64,000 bases of DNA from contig OX597818.1 of NCBI GenBank assembly GCA_951406725.2, positions 42,532,001-42,596,000 of the forward strand, written 5' to 3'. Below, piece by piece: positions 25,853-38,344 of this stretch. The position numbers and the translations under genes were made by a program. This stretch comes from Octopus vulgaris. Lineage: Eukaryota. Within the stretch, counting starts at the first letter, position 1; the number at the start of each line of letters is the position of its first letter. Under the pieces are notes generated by a model. The model was not told the origin of the DNA, did no database searches, and was given only the letters and a program-made list of their open reading frames with translations.

Positions 25853-26866
25853 AATATTATTACAAGTTTGGTACGTTTACCAATAGATAAGCAACTCCTA
25901 TTTCAGGATAACCTTATGGTATAGTATACGCAGAGAAAATTAAATAAAAAAAAATAATTAAAATAACATAAAATAAAATTAGTTAAATAAATATATCTTT
26001 CCTATTATTAATCTGTTGTGAAAGAAGGTAGTACGAGTAATTACTACACGTGTTTTTGTGCTGGTTGGGTGTGTATTAAGGCTATACTCAATACATAAAT
26101 CCACCAGTGCATCCTCAGGCTATGTATATTATTATTATGTATGGGTAAATAAGAATTACTAATATATTTTAAAATATTAAATACCTGCTAAGGGTTTTAT
26201 TTAGGCACAGAGTAGCTGTGTGGTAAGTAGCATCCTTACCAACCACAAGTACAATTAAAATATATATTGAAAATGCTCTACCTAAGGAAATTTTAACGAT
26301 TAAATTAGAAGCATATCAAATCTTATAATAAATATTATAGAAATTATATTACTTGTAATAAGTTAGTGTAAAATATAACCCCTTTCAATACAAATATAAT
26401 AAATCATATTTTATGTCAAATGTGAGTTAATAGTCTAGAATAAAGATTAATTATTAAATACAATTTACATTAGAAACTTAGTGAATAAAAGAAGTAAAAA
26501 AAAGGTAGATTACTTTACGACAAGGTTTAATCCAGCAAGTTCAAGAGCAAATGTAATCTTTATTTTTAATGTAATTTTTAACTTTTATCCATACATAATA
26601 ATAGTATACATAGCCTGAGGACACACTGGTGGATTTATGTATTAAGTATAGCCTCAATACACACCCCACCAGCACAGAAACATGTGTAGCAATTACTCGT
26701 ACTCCCTTCTTTCCCCACAGATTAATAATTATATATTTATTTAACTAATTTTATTTTATGTTATTTTAATTTTTTTTTTTTATTTAATTTTCTCTGCATA
26801 CCATGAGGTTATCCTGAAATAGGAGTTGCTTATCTTTTGGTAAATATCCCAAATTTGTAATAATAT
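25853..26866. repeat. Inverted repeat pair (~25853-26142 and ~26591-26866), each arm carrying a hammerhead motif
   Basis: GATAAGCAACTCCTATTTCAGGATAACC is mirrored by GGTTATCCTGAAATAGGAGTTGCTTATC, and the similarity continues along the arms. Confidence 0.85.
26610..26693 (+). ncRNA. Type I hammerhead ribozyme motif with long stem II
   Basis: ATAGC-CTGAGGA-..CTGGTGG..GTATTAAG..CTCAATAC..CCACCAG..-GAAA-CATGTG-TA-GCAAT. Confidence 0.6.
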
Positions 26867-27125
26867 GTTAGTTAGTTAGTTAGTTAATTTGGCTCAAAAG
26901 CAAATAGCAAGGCCATGTAGGGGGACATGGAGTTAAGTACAGGGTGGTTTTCATGTAAAGAGTTCAGGCCACTTGAGGTCAAGAGAGGCTTTGAACAAAG
27001 CGGTCGTCGGCATCTTCACCATCTCATCTGGCAGCTTGTTCCATGGATCCGCAACCCGGACGGAGAAAGCTCCTCTCCTTATCATATATTTCAGTTTCCA
27101 GGCTCTAATCAGCTTGGGGCTATTG
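26867..27125 (-). mobile_element. CR1 LINE 3' end with (CTAA)n tail
   Basis: RRGAFSVRVADPWNKLPDEMVKMPTTALFKASLD is a typical CR1 ORF2 C-terminus. Confidence 0.85.
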
Positions 27126-27987
27126 TAAATGTCATTAACCCTAAGAGCAGTATAACTGAGCCTAAAATCATGTGGTTGGGAAGTAAAATTCTCAACCACA
27201 CACCCATACAGTTGGGTATCCTATATCTGGTATCGTGAGAAAGAAAACATTGATCAAATGAAATTATAAAATTAGTAGTCAAAACCTTCCACAAACTATA
27301 AGCAAGGGAGCTAACTCGAGCAAGATCAGCTGATGGAAAAAATTTTAAACAATATAGACAAAGCAGACTGTGGCCAAGTGGTGAAAGTGACTGACATGTT
27401 TCAGTATTATTAGACCTCATCAGAAAAACGTTCTCGACATTACAAAAAGAGATTAGAATAGAAATAGAAATAGAGACACTTTGGAGATACTGGTTATTAG
27501 TATCTCAATGATATCAGTTAGGGAAAAGCTACAAAGAGAAATTCCAGCAATATAAATTGAGCTAAATTTCTAGATACAACACCAGAAAAATTATCTGGCA
27601 AACTTGGGACTGGAAGCCTCCTGAATTTCTGGATTTTCTGGTATTCTAAAGACAGACTAACTATATACTTATAATGTAAAATAAACTATGAAAAGTGAAG
27701 AGCTAAATTATATTTAATTGATTGAAATGAATGCCCTTGTAAAGCAGGATCAGTCTGATATTTATAAATCCACTTAAAATTCTTAAAATATATCATACGG
27801 TACCATGTGTACAGTATAATGTTTCTAGGATGAAAATTAAATGAAGGAAAGTAAAGAACAAGATTTTATTTAACTGATACAGGTGCAAATTAATACAATT
27901 CTAAAGCAGAGTATGTTTAATCATTATCAAATCAGAAAAGAACAAAACTATTTTTAATGTATCATAAACAAATTAACCAACTTCTGA

Positions 27988-28385
27988 CTGTGTGGTAAGT
28001 AGCTTGCTTATGAACCACATGGTTCCGGGTTCAGCCCCACTGTGTGGCACCTTGGGCAAGTGTCTTCTACTATGGTCTCGGGCCGACCAAAGCCTTGTGA
28101 GTGGATTTGGTTGACAGAAACTGAAAGAAGCCCGTCATATATATGTATATATGTATGTATGTGTATATTTTTGTGAGTCTGTGTTTGTCTCCCCAACATC
28201 GCTTGACAACTGATGCTGGTGTGTTTACGTCCCTGTAACTTAGCGGTTCGGCAAAAGAGACCGATAGAATAAGTACTAGGCTTACAAAGAATAAGTCCTG
28301 GGGTCGATTTGCTCGACTAAAGGCAGCGCTCCAGCATGGCCACAGTTACATGACTGAAACAAGTAAAAGAGTAAAGAGAGAGTAA
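27988..28385 (+). mobile_element. SINE family B
   Basis: Matches family B. Confidence 0.92.
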
Positions 28386-28781
28386 GACTGTGTTTACTCA
28401 ATACAGTTTACAGCATATTGCATGTATTTCACTGTATTCCAGGATTTCTGGAAATTCTGGATTTCTGGAAGTTGAATAAGGTCCAGTTTTGTAGTTTAGA
28501 CAATACAGATTGAATTTGGTCATGTCATTAGAGTTATCTCCTTTGCCTGCTGTTCTTATATTTTAAACACCCTAGAAAGAATTTTTATTTACTAGTTTCT
28601 TGGATAATGTCAATTGATCAAAGAGTTTCAGTTCCCAGTATTTTGTATAAGAGACTCTACTTACTGAGTATTTTGCTTGTAGAATTTTTTCCTGGAGGTA
28701 TTTTCCCCTAGCGATTGTTCTGATATTTATAATCAGTGTAAAAACATTAATTATATTTCCCTTAGCTCAGTTTTGGTTAAA

Positions 28782-28917
28782 TTACTTAATTTATCGACCC
28801 CGAAAGGATGAAAGGCAAAGTCGACCTCGGTGGAATTTGAACTCAGAACGTAACGGCAGAGGAAATACAGCTACGCATTTCGCCCAGCATGCTAACAGTT
28901 CTGCTAGCTCGACGCCA
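28782..28917 (-). mobile_element. SINE family A, 5' half
   Basis: Matches family A head and core. Confidence 0.85.
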
Positions 28918-29193
28918 TTTGGTAATTATGATGCATCAGCTAGCAATGGAGATAATTTTGATAAATCAAGAATTTATGTTGTATGGTATTTGATATACCT
29001 GTACTTATACAGGTATATTGCTCTAACTCTGACCTACTTCGTAGAATGTGCTTTGCTGAGGCAGTCCAATGAAACTAAAGTATGTCTAGTGCTTTCGCCA
29101 ATAGGCTTTAAAGTAGTTCTATCCTTGTTTCTATTGTCCAAAAATTTTAAGTCAACTGACCTTATTGGAGTTACTTTACTCTTTACTTTCACG

Positions 29194-29592
29194 TTTACTC
29201 TTTTACTTGTTTCAGTCATTTGACTGCGGCCATGCTGGAGCACCACCTTTAATCGAGCAACTCGACTCTGGGACTTATTCTTTGTAAGCCCAGTACTTAT
29301 TCTATCGGTCTCTTTTGCTGAACCGCTAAGTAACGGGGACATAAACACACCAGCATCGGTTGTCAAGCAATGCTAGGGGGACAAACATAGGCACACAAAC
29401 ATACACACACACATATATATATATATATACGACGGGCTTCTTTCAGTTTCCGTCTACCAAATCCACTCACAAGGCTTTGATCGGCCCGAGGCTATAGTAG
29501 AAGACACTTGCCCAAGGTGCCACGCAGTGGGACTGAACCCGAAACCATGTGGTTGGTAAGCAAGCTACTTACCACACAGCCACCCCTGCACC
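29194..29592 (-). mobile_element. SINE family B, full length
   Basis: Matches family B. Confidence 0.92.
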
Positions 29593-30149
29593 TTCTTTAA
29601 TGTCTTTAGATTTTTTTTTTTTAACTCTAGATTGAGTTTTGGCCCATTAAATTACTTGAATGATCTTAGTTGATTGAAGTTATTCAATTAACTGCTTTAC
29701 TTGAATAAAATTCAATTATATGTGCATTCACTATGAGTAATGCTTGACTGTTCAGCTCTTATTATTTAATTTCTACATCAATTACTTCCTTTCAAAATAT
29801 CAAAAATCAAGGATCATCTACATTTTTTTTCTATGTAGTAATGGATGAGTAGTATTCCTTAATGAATGCATACCGTATTAATGTTATGAAGCTGAAAACA
29901 AATTAGAGTAAAGGCTCCACTGGCTTCATATAAGTTTTATGCATATCATTATTCTACTTTTTCTGAAAGTTCTGATTTTGTATAGAGATGGGAGTTGCAA
30001 TGTTTTGTCTTTCAAATTTGTATTCATTTTTGTGAACAGAAGAATATATCATATGACAATGTTTGATGAATGAAGTGGATAAATGTTTATGATGATAAAT
30101 ATTGATGATGAATGAAGGGGGTAAATATTTTCCATGGATGGCCTGCTGT

Positions 30150-30520
30150 ATTTACCTTGGATTGTAGGGTGACCTGCTGTGCTTGAGGAGACCTATTGAG
30201 TCAAGTACATCAACACAGAAAAATCAAATAGAAATTGTAGTTGCAATACCTGTGCCAGTGGCACATAAAAAGCACCATCCGAACATGGCCTATGCCAGCT
30301 CCGCCTTGACTGGCTTCCATGCCGGTGGCACGTAAAAAGCACCAACCAATTGTGGCCATTGCTAGCCTGGCCTGGCCCCTGTGCCAGTGGCACATAAAAA
30401 GCACCCTCTACACTCACGGAGTGGTTGGCGTTAGGAAGGGCAGACCCCAGTCGAACCGTCCAAACCATGCTAGCATGGAAAACGGACGTTAAACGATGAT
30501 GATGATGATGATGATGATGA
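30150..30520 (+). mobile_element. RTE LINE 3' UTR fragment with (GAT)n tail
   Basis: Three GTGCC-NGT-GGCAC units and the terminal CATGCTAGCATGGAAAACGGACGTTAAAC(GAT)n. Confidence 0.88.
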
Positions 30521-30632
30521 TTTTTCCTTCAAGTAACTCAAATTGCTTATATAATGTCTGATTAACTATCTGATAAGATGTATAAATTCTGGACAAACAA
30601 TATCTCAAACATCAGCAAAATAATACCAACAT

Positions 30633-31076
30633 AGGTGCAGGCATGACTGCATGGTAAGAAGTTTGCTTCCCAACCACAGGATTCCAGGTTCAGTCCCACT
30701 GCATGTCATTACATGGCACCTTGGTCAAATGTTTTCTCTTATAGCCTCAGACAAACCAAAGCCCCATGTGAATGGATTTAGTAGATGGAAACTTTAAGAA
30801 ACCTATTTTGTATGTGTGTGCGCACGTGCAAATGCATGCATTTGTGTGTGTGCACATGTGCAAATGCATGTATTTGTGTGTGTGCACCCGTTTGTGTGTG
30901 TCTTTGTGCCTGTTTGTCTCCAACAGCTGCTTAAAACTGATGGTGGTGCTTTGCTTTCTCCTAACATTAACAGTTCAGCTAAAAGGCAAACAAAAAATCC
31001 ATTTGACTAAAATTCTTCAAGACAGTGCCCCAGTATGGCCACAGTCTAAAGTCTGAAACAAGTAAAAGATAAAAGA
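30633..31076 (+). mobile_element. SINE family B, old diverged copy
   Basis: Recognisable head, core and tail. Confidence 0.8.
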
Positions 31077-31627
31077 GACAAGATTGCCTTTGCATTTAAT
31101 CAAGGCTGCAACCACATTTTTTAGGACGTCTGACATTTTGCTTCATAAATTGTAACTATTCAGTCCAAATTCAACAACTGTAATAATAAAATTAATAATA
31201 GATTTCATGTGTTCTTTTCAGAAATCCACACTCTTCTCTAGAAAAAAAAAAAAAATTGGCCATTAATCAACATCCTTGGAAAGAAATTTTCTAAGATTTG
31301 CTTTCAAAATTGTCTGAAATAGTCCAAAAGTGAATTTGCAAGTTATTAACAATTTAATACATAATTACTCATTAATCACTTTGAATTTTTGATTATGTCT
31401 TAGTGATCATTTCATCAATTAACACAAGTCAATAATCTGCTTCAAAAGAAGTCATCTTTGGTTATTTCTTGACTATCTACTGGAAGATGCTTGCTTTACT
31501 CAAACAATCATTACAAAAACAGTTCTTAAGATTTGAAAGATTTCTTTTACTGCAGATATCTTCGTGATGAAAAAATGTGTGAAAAGTGCAGTTTTGTTTC
31601 ATTGGATTGAGGATTTTGTTATATCCA

Positions 31628-31942
31628 TCTTACTAACACCTTTTCAAACTCCACCTGTCTAACACATGTGGACATGTTTACAAAGTCAGAAAACAGCACA
31701 GCTCCCATGATTTTCAGAAACATTTTTTCATGCTAAGAGTTGCTAAAGCATGGAACAAACTACCGGCATCAGTTGTTAGTTGTCGGAGCTCTGCATCCTT
31801 CAAAACTTTCATGCTTCCTGAGATTCACCAACACTACACCTGATTTTCTCCCCTCCATACACACGCAAACATGTATCTGACTCATACACTGTTCACTTTC
31901 CAGACATTTGTACATTACTGCATATGCTTTATACACACTTTT
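31628..31942 (+). mobile_element. CR1 LINE 3' fragment
   Basis: SNTCGHVYKVRKQHSSHDFQKHFFMLRVAKAWNKLPASVV; same family as 62840-63245. Confidence 0.8.
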
Positions 31943-31944
31943 GG

Positions 31945-32335
31945 CTTGGACGATTTGAATGAGGCCTGACGAACCAGATGGCTGCACCAGGCTCCAATCT
32001 GATCTGGCAGAGTTTCTACAGCTGGATGCCCTTCCTAATGCCAACGACTCCGAGAGTGTAGTGGGTGCTTTTACGTGCCACCGGCAGAGGGCCAGTCAAG
32101 CAGTACTGGCAATGGCCACTCTCAAATGGTGCTTTTTATGTGCCACCTGCACAGGAGCCAGTCCAGCGGCACTGGCAACTATCTCGCTTGAATGTTTGTT
32201 TCATATGCCACCAGCACAAGTGCTAGTAAGGTGATGCAGGTAACGATCACGCTCAAATGGTATTTTTTATGTGCCATCAGCACGGAGGCCAGCTTGTTGC
32301 TCTGGCAACGATCTCACTCGTATGGTACTCTTAGC
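31945..32335 (-). mobile_element. RTE LINE 3' UTR fragment
   Basis: Homologous to 56545-57150. Confidence 0.85.
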
Positions 32336-33039
32336 GGAATATTACACTGAAATATAATGAGAGGCTAAAAAAATTAATGGAATTTGAAGGTATCTGCATC
32401 AAAATTCATCTCTTGTGTTTAAATCAATACAACTAAAATTTTTACGGATAACTTGTATATTATTAAGAATATTGTATTGTAATTTTGAATAAATACCTTG
32501 TAACTTTTATATAAGTCAGTTATTTTAACTGAATTACTTTTGGGTTTCTAATTATTTATTTAATGTTGTTCATATTTTCTTGTTAATATCATCCCTATGT
32601 TTCGTAAACATTGACTCTAAGAACTTTTATTTAGTTTCCCTTTATTATTATTTTCTCTCTATCTTTATGATTCTTTATTTTCTAGATTATTAATGATTAT
32701 TATATCATTTTCTTGCGTTTATATAATGTAAAAAATAAATAACACTGAAGCAAAGTAACACCAACTATATAGTGCGTGTGTTTCTATTGGCTAAACTGGC
32801 AAAATGACCATTCCTAAATACAACAATATATCATTTTCCTTTTCTTATACCAAAATTATCAACTACTTGCTTTTTAATATCTTACTAAATTTCCCTTCCC
32901 TTCTTTCAGAAAACTGTCTTATTGATTTCTATTAATTTTACTGTTATTGTCTTCCATATTTTTTAAGGTTCTTTTTAAATATTGACTTTGCATTCTTGAA
33001 ATGTTAAGTTGAGGGATTATTTTTTAACATGGATTTCTT

Positions 33040-33183
33040 TAACCTGAAGAGCTAGCTTAATATCTACATTATTTAAGGATTGCTTATATTAATGCAGACA
33101 TATAAGGTATTTATCATTTATTATAAAATATGATAAAATGAATTATCTATACGTTTTATTAAGTTATGAAACAATAGTCATTA
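33040..33183 (+). ncRNA. Decayed hammerhead-like motif with long stem II
   Basis: TAAC-CTGAAGA-GC-TAGCTTAATA...TATTAAGTTA-T-GAAA-CAATAG-TC-ATTA. Confidence 0.45.
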
Positions 33184-33591
33184 TATAAGAATTTCCAACG
33201 ATTAAAAAAATTTTGTTATACTATATGTCTGTCATTATTTATTACTTTATATATATATATATTTGCATGCACACATGCTTACATAAGGTATACACAAGTA
33301 TATACATACACACACAGAAGTAAACATATTTTTGTATATTTTCATTACAAAACTTTTCTGACACCTGTTTGGTTAAATATAGCAATTAAAGAAAAATATA
33401 AATACTTCAAAATGCTTTTAAGCAGTTTGTTTCATATGACAAAATATAAATATATATATATATATATAACATACATACATAAATGTTCGGATAGTGCTTT
33501 TTATGTGCATAATCCACTTTCTAATTGTCAGTGTGGGCAGTTTTCATGCTCTACTTGATAAATTCTTTACATATTTTATTGAATATTTAAT

Positions 33592-35580
33592 TATACACAT
33601 ATATACACCAATACACATACGCATACATAAATGTATACATATGTATATACATATGCATACACATACACACACACGCGCGCATCTATATATACATAAATAC
33701 ATACATGCATACAAACATATACATATATACATACATGCATACTCAAATAATAAATATATATACGTGCAATTACCCATCATACAGACAGATACATACATAT
33801 AAACATACACATATATACATATTTACACATATATATATATATATACATACATACATACATATACACATATATCTACATACTTACATATACATAAAACACA
33901 CAAGCGTACATATATATATATATCCATATACATATATATACACATACATATACATATATAAATATATATACACATATGTAAATACACGCACACACATACA
34001 TACGTATATTCATACTTACACCCATACATATCTATACATATATACATGTGTACATATACACACCCATAAACATATACACCAGCATCTACCTACACGTAAA
34101 TATATACCCGTGTACACACAGACTCATACACTTGTACATGCACATACATATATATATATATATGTACACACATATGCACACACACTTATATACAAATACA
34201 CACATACAATACATACATACATACACATACATACATGTTCATAAATACATATATGTACATATACACACACACACATCTACATACACATACATACACATAT
34301 ATATATACGCACACATATATATATGCATATATATATATATATATATACACACACATACATATACACACTCATATACATACACATGCAAAACCATGTACAC
34401 ATATACACATGCACACATATGCACGCCTTCACATACACATATACATACACTGTAGCACATACATTCACATACAGATATGTATATGCACTCGTATACACAT
34501 ATGTACGCACACGCACATATGCCCACACCCGTATATATGTGAATAGTCTTAGGAGAGAAGGTAATTGGGGGTGCTGAGGGAACGGGGGGGGGTGTCGTCA
34601 ATCGGGTTGCCGGGTATGTATTGTATGTGTGTATTTGTATATAAGTGTGTGTGCATATGTGTGTACATATATATATATATGTGTGTGCATGTACAAGTGT
34701 ATGAGTCTGTGTGTACACGGGTATATATTTACGTGTAGGTAGATGCTGGTGTATATGTTTATGGGTGTGTATATGTACACATGTATATATGTATAGATAT
34801 GTATGGGTGTAAGTATGAATATACGTATGTATGTGTGTGTGTGTATTTACATATGTGTATATATATTTATATATGTATATGTATGTGTATATATATGTAT
34901 ATGGATATATATATGTATGCTTGTGTGTTTTATGTATATGTAGGTATGTAGATATATGTGTATATGTATGTATGTATGTATATATATATATATATGTGTA
35001 AATATGTATATATGTGTATGTTTATATGTATGTATCTGTCTGTATGATGGGTAATTACACGTATATATATTTATTATTTGAGTATGCCAAGGATTCCAAC
35101 ATCACCATCAAAATACAGGTCCAGATACTGCAACAGCTTGGGTTTCAGAGGACCACAGCTCTTTAACATCCTCCCTAAATGCCTGAGAGACTTACATGGT
35201 GTGGATGTGGGTTTCTTTAAAACTAAACTGGATCTCTTCTTGTTGGGAGTCCCAGATGAACCTACCTCACGACAGGAGACACGGATGCGGGCAGCAGCAT
35301 CGAACTCCCTTGTTGATCAAGTGCCACGTATCAGAGGTGGATTCACAAACTAGTGTAGCTCATTCAGCGGTGGTGCCCCAGCATGGCCGCGGCCTTCGGG
35401 CTAAAACATTTTTAAGGATTTAAGGATTTATATGCATGTATGTATATATGTATATGTTTGTATGCATGTATGTATTTATGTATATATAGATGCGCGCGTG
35501 TGTGTGTATGTGTATGCATATGTATATACATATGTATACATTTATGTATGCGTATGTGTATTGGTGTATATATGTGTATA
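33592..35580. repeat. Inverted duplication of cryptic (CA/TA) low-complexity DNA (arms 33592-34216 and 34614-35580)
   Basis: Unique landmarks such as CACGCGCGCATC, TACCCATCATACAGACAG and CACCAGCATCTACCTACACG occur in mirror order. Confidence 0.9.
35088..35430 (+). mobile_element. CR1-group LINE 3' end inserted in the right arm of the inverted duplication
   Basis: NSLGFRGPQLFNILPKCLRDL...FKTKLDLFLLGVPDEP...SNSLVDQ; (TTTAAGGA)n tail; TATGC duplication. Confidence 0.88.
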
Positions 35581-35622
35581 TATGTGCATTTGTGTGTGTT
35601 CGTGTGTGTTCGTGTGTATATA

Positions 35623-35664
<42 letters not shown>

Positions 35665-35974
35665 GTGTGTATATGCCTGTATACCTCTGTGTGGATGTAT
35701 GTATATGGGTGTGCGTACGGATGTATATGTATGTGTATGTAGATGTGTGTGTATGTATATGTATGTGTATATATATATATATATGTATATATATGTGTGT
35801 ATATATATATGTATGTGTATATATATGTATATATGTATGGGTATATATGTGTATATGTATGTGTATATATATGTGTATGTATATGTATAGATATATGGAT
35901 GTATGTGTATGTAGGTATGTATATGACTGGTGTAAGTATATATGTGTATGTATATGTAGGTATATGCGTACGTG

Positions 35975-36011
<37 letters not shown>

Positions 36012-36015
<4 letters not shown>

Positions 36016-37215
36016 CAAGTGTAAGCTATGGACACATAAGAGGTGCAGCAATGTCAAAGGTAGGCTAACTGGGAAGATAGTTTTCGTATGTGGCAGATGC
36101 TCAGGAGAAATAAACACTGGAAATGTGCAGAGACCAACTTCTACCACGTTCCAGGGAGACAAACTAGAAGTAGTTGATAGCTTCCACTACCTAGGAGACC
36201 AAGTCAGTAGCGGGGGTGGGTGTGCTGAAAGTGTAACTGCTAGAGTAAGAATAGCCTGGGCAAAGTTTAGAGAGCTCTTACCCTTGCTGGTGACAAAAGG
36301 CCTCTCGCTCAGAGTAAAAGGCAGTATGCTCCGATGGATGTGTAATGTCAGTGTTCATAATCGTCAGAGTGTAAGTACCTTGAGAGAAAAGTTGAACCTA
36401 AGAAGCGTCAGTTGTGGTGTGCAAGAGAGACGGCTGCGCTGGTATGGTCATATGACGAGAATAGCTGAAGATAGTTGTGTGCAAAAGTGCTACACCCTAG
36501 CAGTTGAGGGAACCTGTGGAAGAGGTAGACCCAGGAAAACCTGGGACGAAGTGGTGAAGCACGACCTACGAACTTTAGGTCTCACCAAGGAAATGACTAG
36601 AGACCGAGACCTATGGAAGTATGCTGTGCGTGAGAAGACCCGGCAAGACTAGTCAGGCCATAACCCGTGGCCCCTACCTGGGACGTAGTCAGTCCACCTG
36701 TGCATACCTTCCTTCTTGTGACACTTGTGAAGACCTGTTGAGGCAAGTGAAAATCAAAAAATCAAAAAATCAAACAAAATCAAAATAGATGAACATCAAT
36801 GGAATTTCTATCTTTGTGGTACCAGTGCCGGTGGCACACAAGAAAACCATCCGAACGTGGCCGTAGCCAGTACCGCACCGACTGGCCTCCATGCTGTGGG
36901 CACGTAACAATCACCATCCAATCGTGGCCGATCGCCAGCCTAATCTGGCTCCTGTGTCGGTGGCACATAAAAAACACCATCCGAGCGTGGTCGTCTGCTA
37001 GCCTTGTCTGGCACCTGTGTCGGTGGCACATAAAATCACCCACTACACTCTCGGAGTGGTTGGCATTAGGAAGGGCATCCAGCTGTAGAAACACTGCCAG
37101 ATCTGACTGGCCTGGTGCAGCCTTCAGGCTCCCCAGACCCCAGTTGAACCGTCCAACCCATGCTAGCATGGAAAGCGGACGTTAAATGATGATGATGATG
37201 ATGATGATGATGATA
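36012..37215 (+). mobile_element. 5'-truncated RTE LINE, second subfamily
   Basis: ORF 35972-36652 aligns with 48730-49455, with an in-frame 33-codon deletion near 36322; 3' UTR and (GAT)n tail; (TA)n on both sides. Confidence 0.92.
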
Positions 37216-37890
37216 TATATGTATATATATATATATATATTTGTGTATATATATATGGACTAGTCTTCTGTGTGTGTATAGATGTATGTATGTGTATGCG
37301 TGTAGATATGAATTTGTAGGTACGTGTCCGTACGTGTATATACGTGCATGTATGTATATGTATGTGTGTAGGTAGATATATGTAGGTATGCTTTTATGTA
37401 CGCGTGTATGCGTGCATGTGTGCTAATATGTACTTAAAGGCGTATGGATGCGTATATATGCGTATGTATGTTTATATGCACAAATGTCTGTATATAGGCA
37501 TATGCGTCTATATATGCGGGCAGATGTTCATGTGTGTTTATGTGTACTGAAGTACATTTATATATGTGGTTTTGTGTGTACATAGTTATGTGTACGTTTA
37601 TGTGAAAGTTGGTACACTTATGTATGTATGAATATAACACGTGCGTTTGTGTATGTGTATGAGTGTGCGTGTGAGTGTGTGTGCGTGTGTGAGTGTTTGT
37701 GTTCGTATCAGTGGGAAGAAAGATAGAAAGGAAGGGAGAGGGGCAATAAAAGGTTTTTTTAGGTCAGCTAGGCTAGCTCCCTCGGGAGGGCCTTACTTCA
37801 GTGCCTGGTAGGTCGAGGTAAAAATAAAAATATATGTGTGTAGATATATGTGTGCGTGTGCCTGCATATTGGCATGTACGTGCGTATTTG

Positions 37891-37961
<71 letters not shown>

Positions 37962-38056
37962 ATGGATATATGTATGTGTGTATGTATGAGTATGTGTATG
38001 GGTGCATATGTACATGTGTATATGGATGTATGTGTGTATATGTATGTATATATATA

Positions 38057-38146
<90 letters not shown>

Positions 38147-38344
38147 TGTATAAGTGATAGTCTTCCTATTTACCTAAAACTCTATTCTATTATTCTATTT
38201 ACTCTTTTATCTACTTTATCACTGATTCCTTTGACCACTCCCCTAAGAAAGATAGTTTGCGCCATGCCTACCCCAAAAAGTCCCCCACCACCACCCCTTT
38301 AAATCTGCCTAAATGTATAAATGCCAAAACTATTCTTGTCACCT

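Noticed and set aside
36825-37045. CRISPR-like repeat/spacer appearance of the GTGCCGGTGGCAC units
   Set aside because: The spacers are homologous to each other, the array is part of a LINE 3' UTR, there are no cas genes, and the context is eukaryotic
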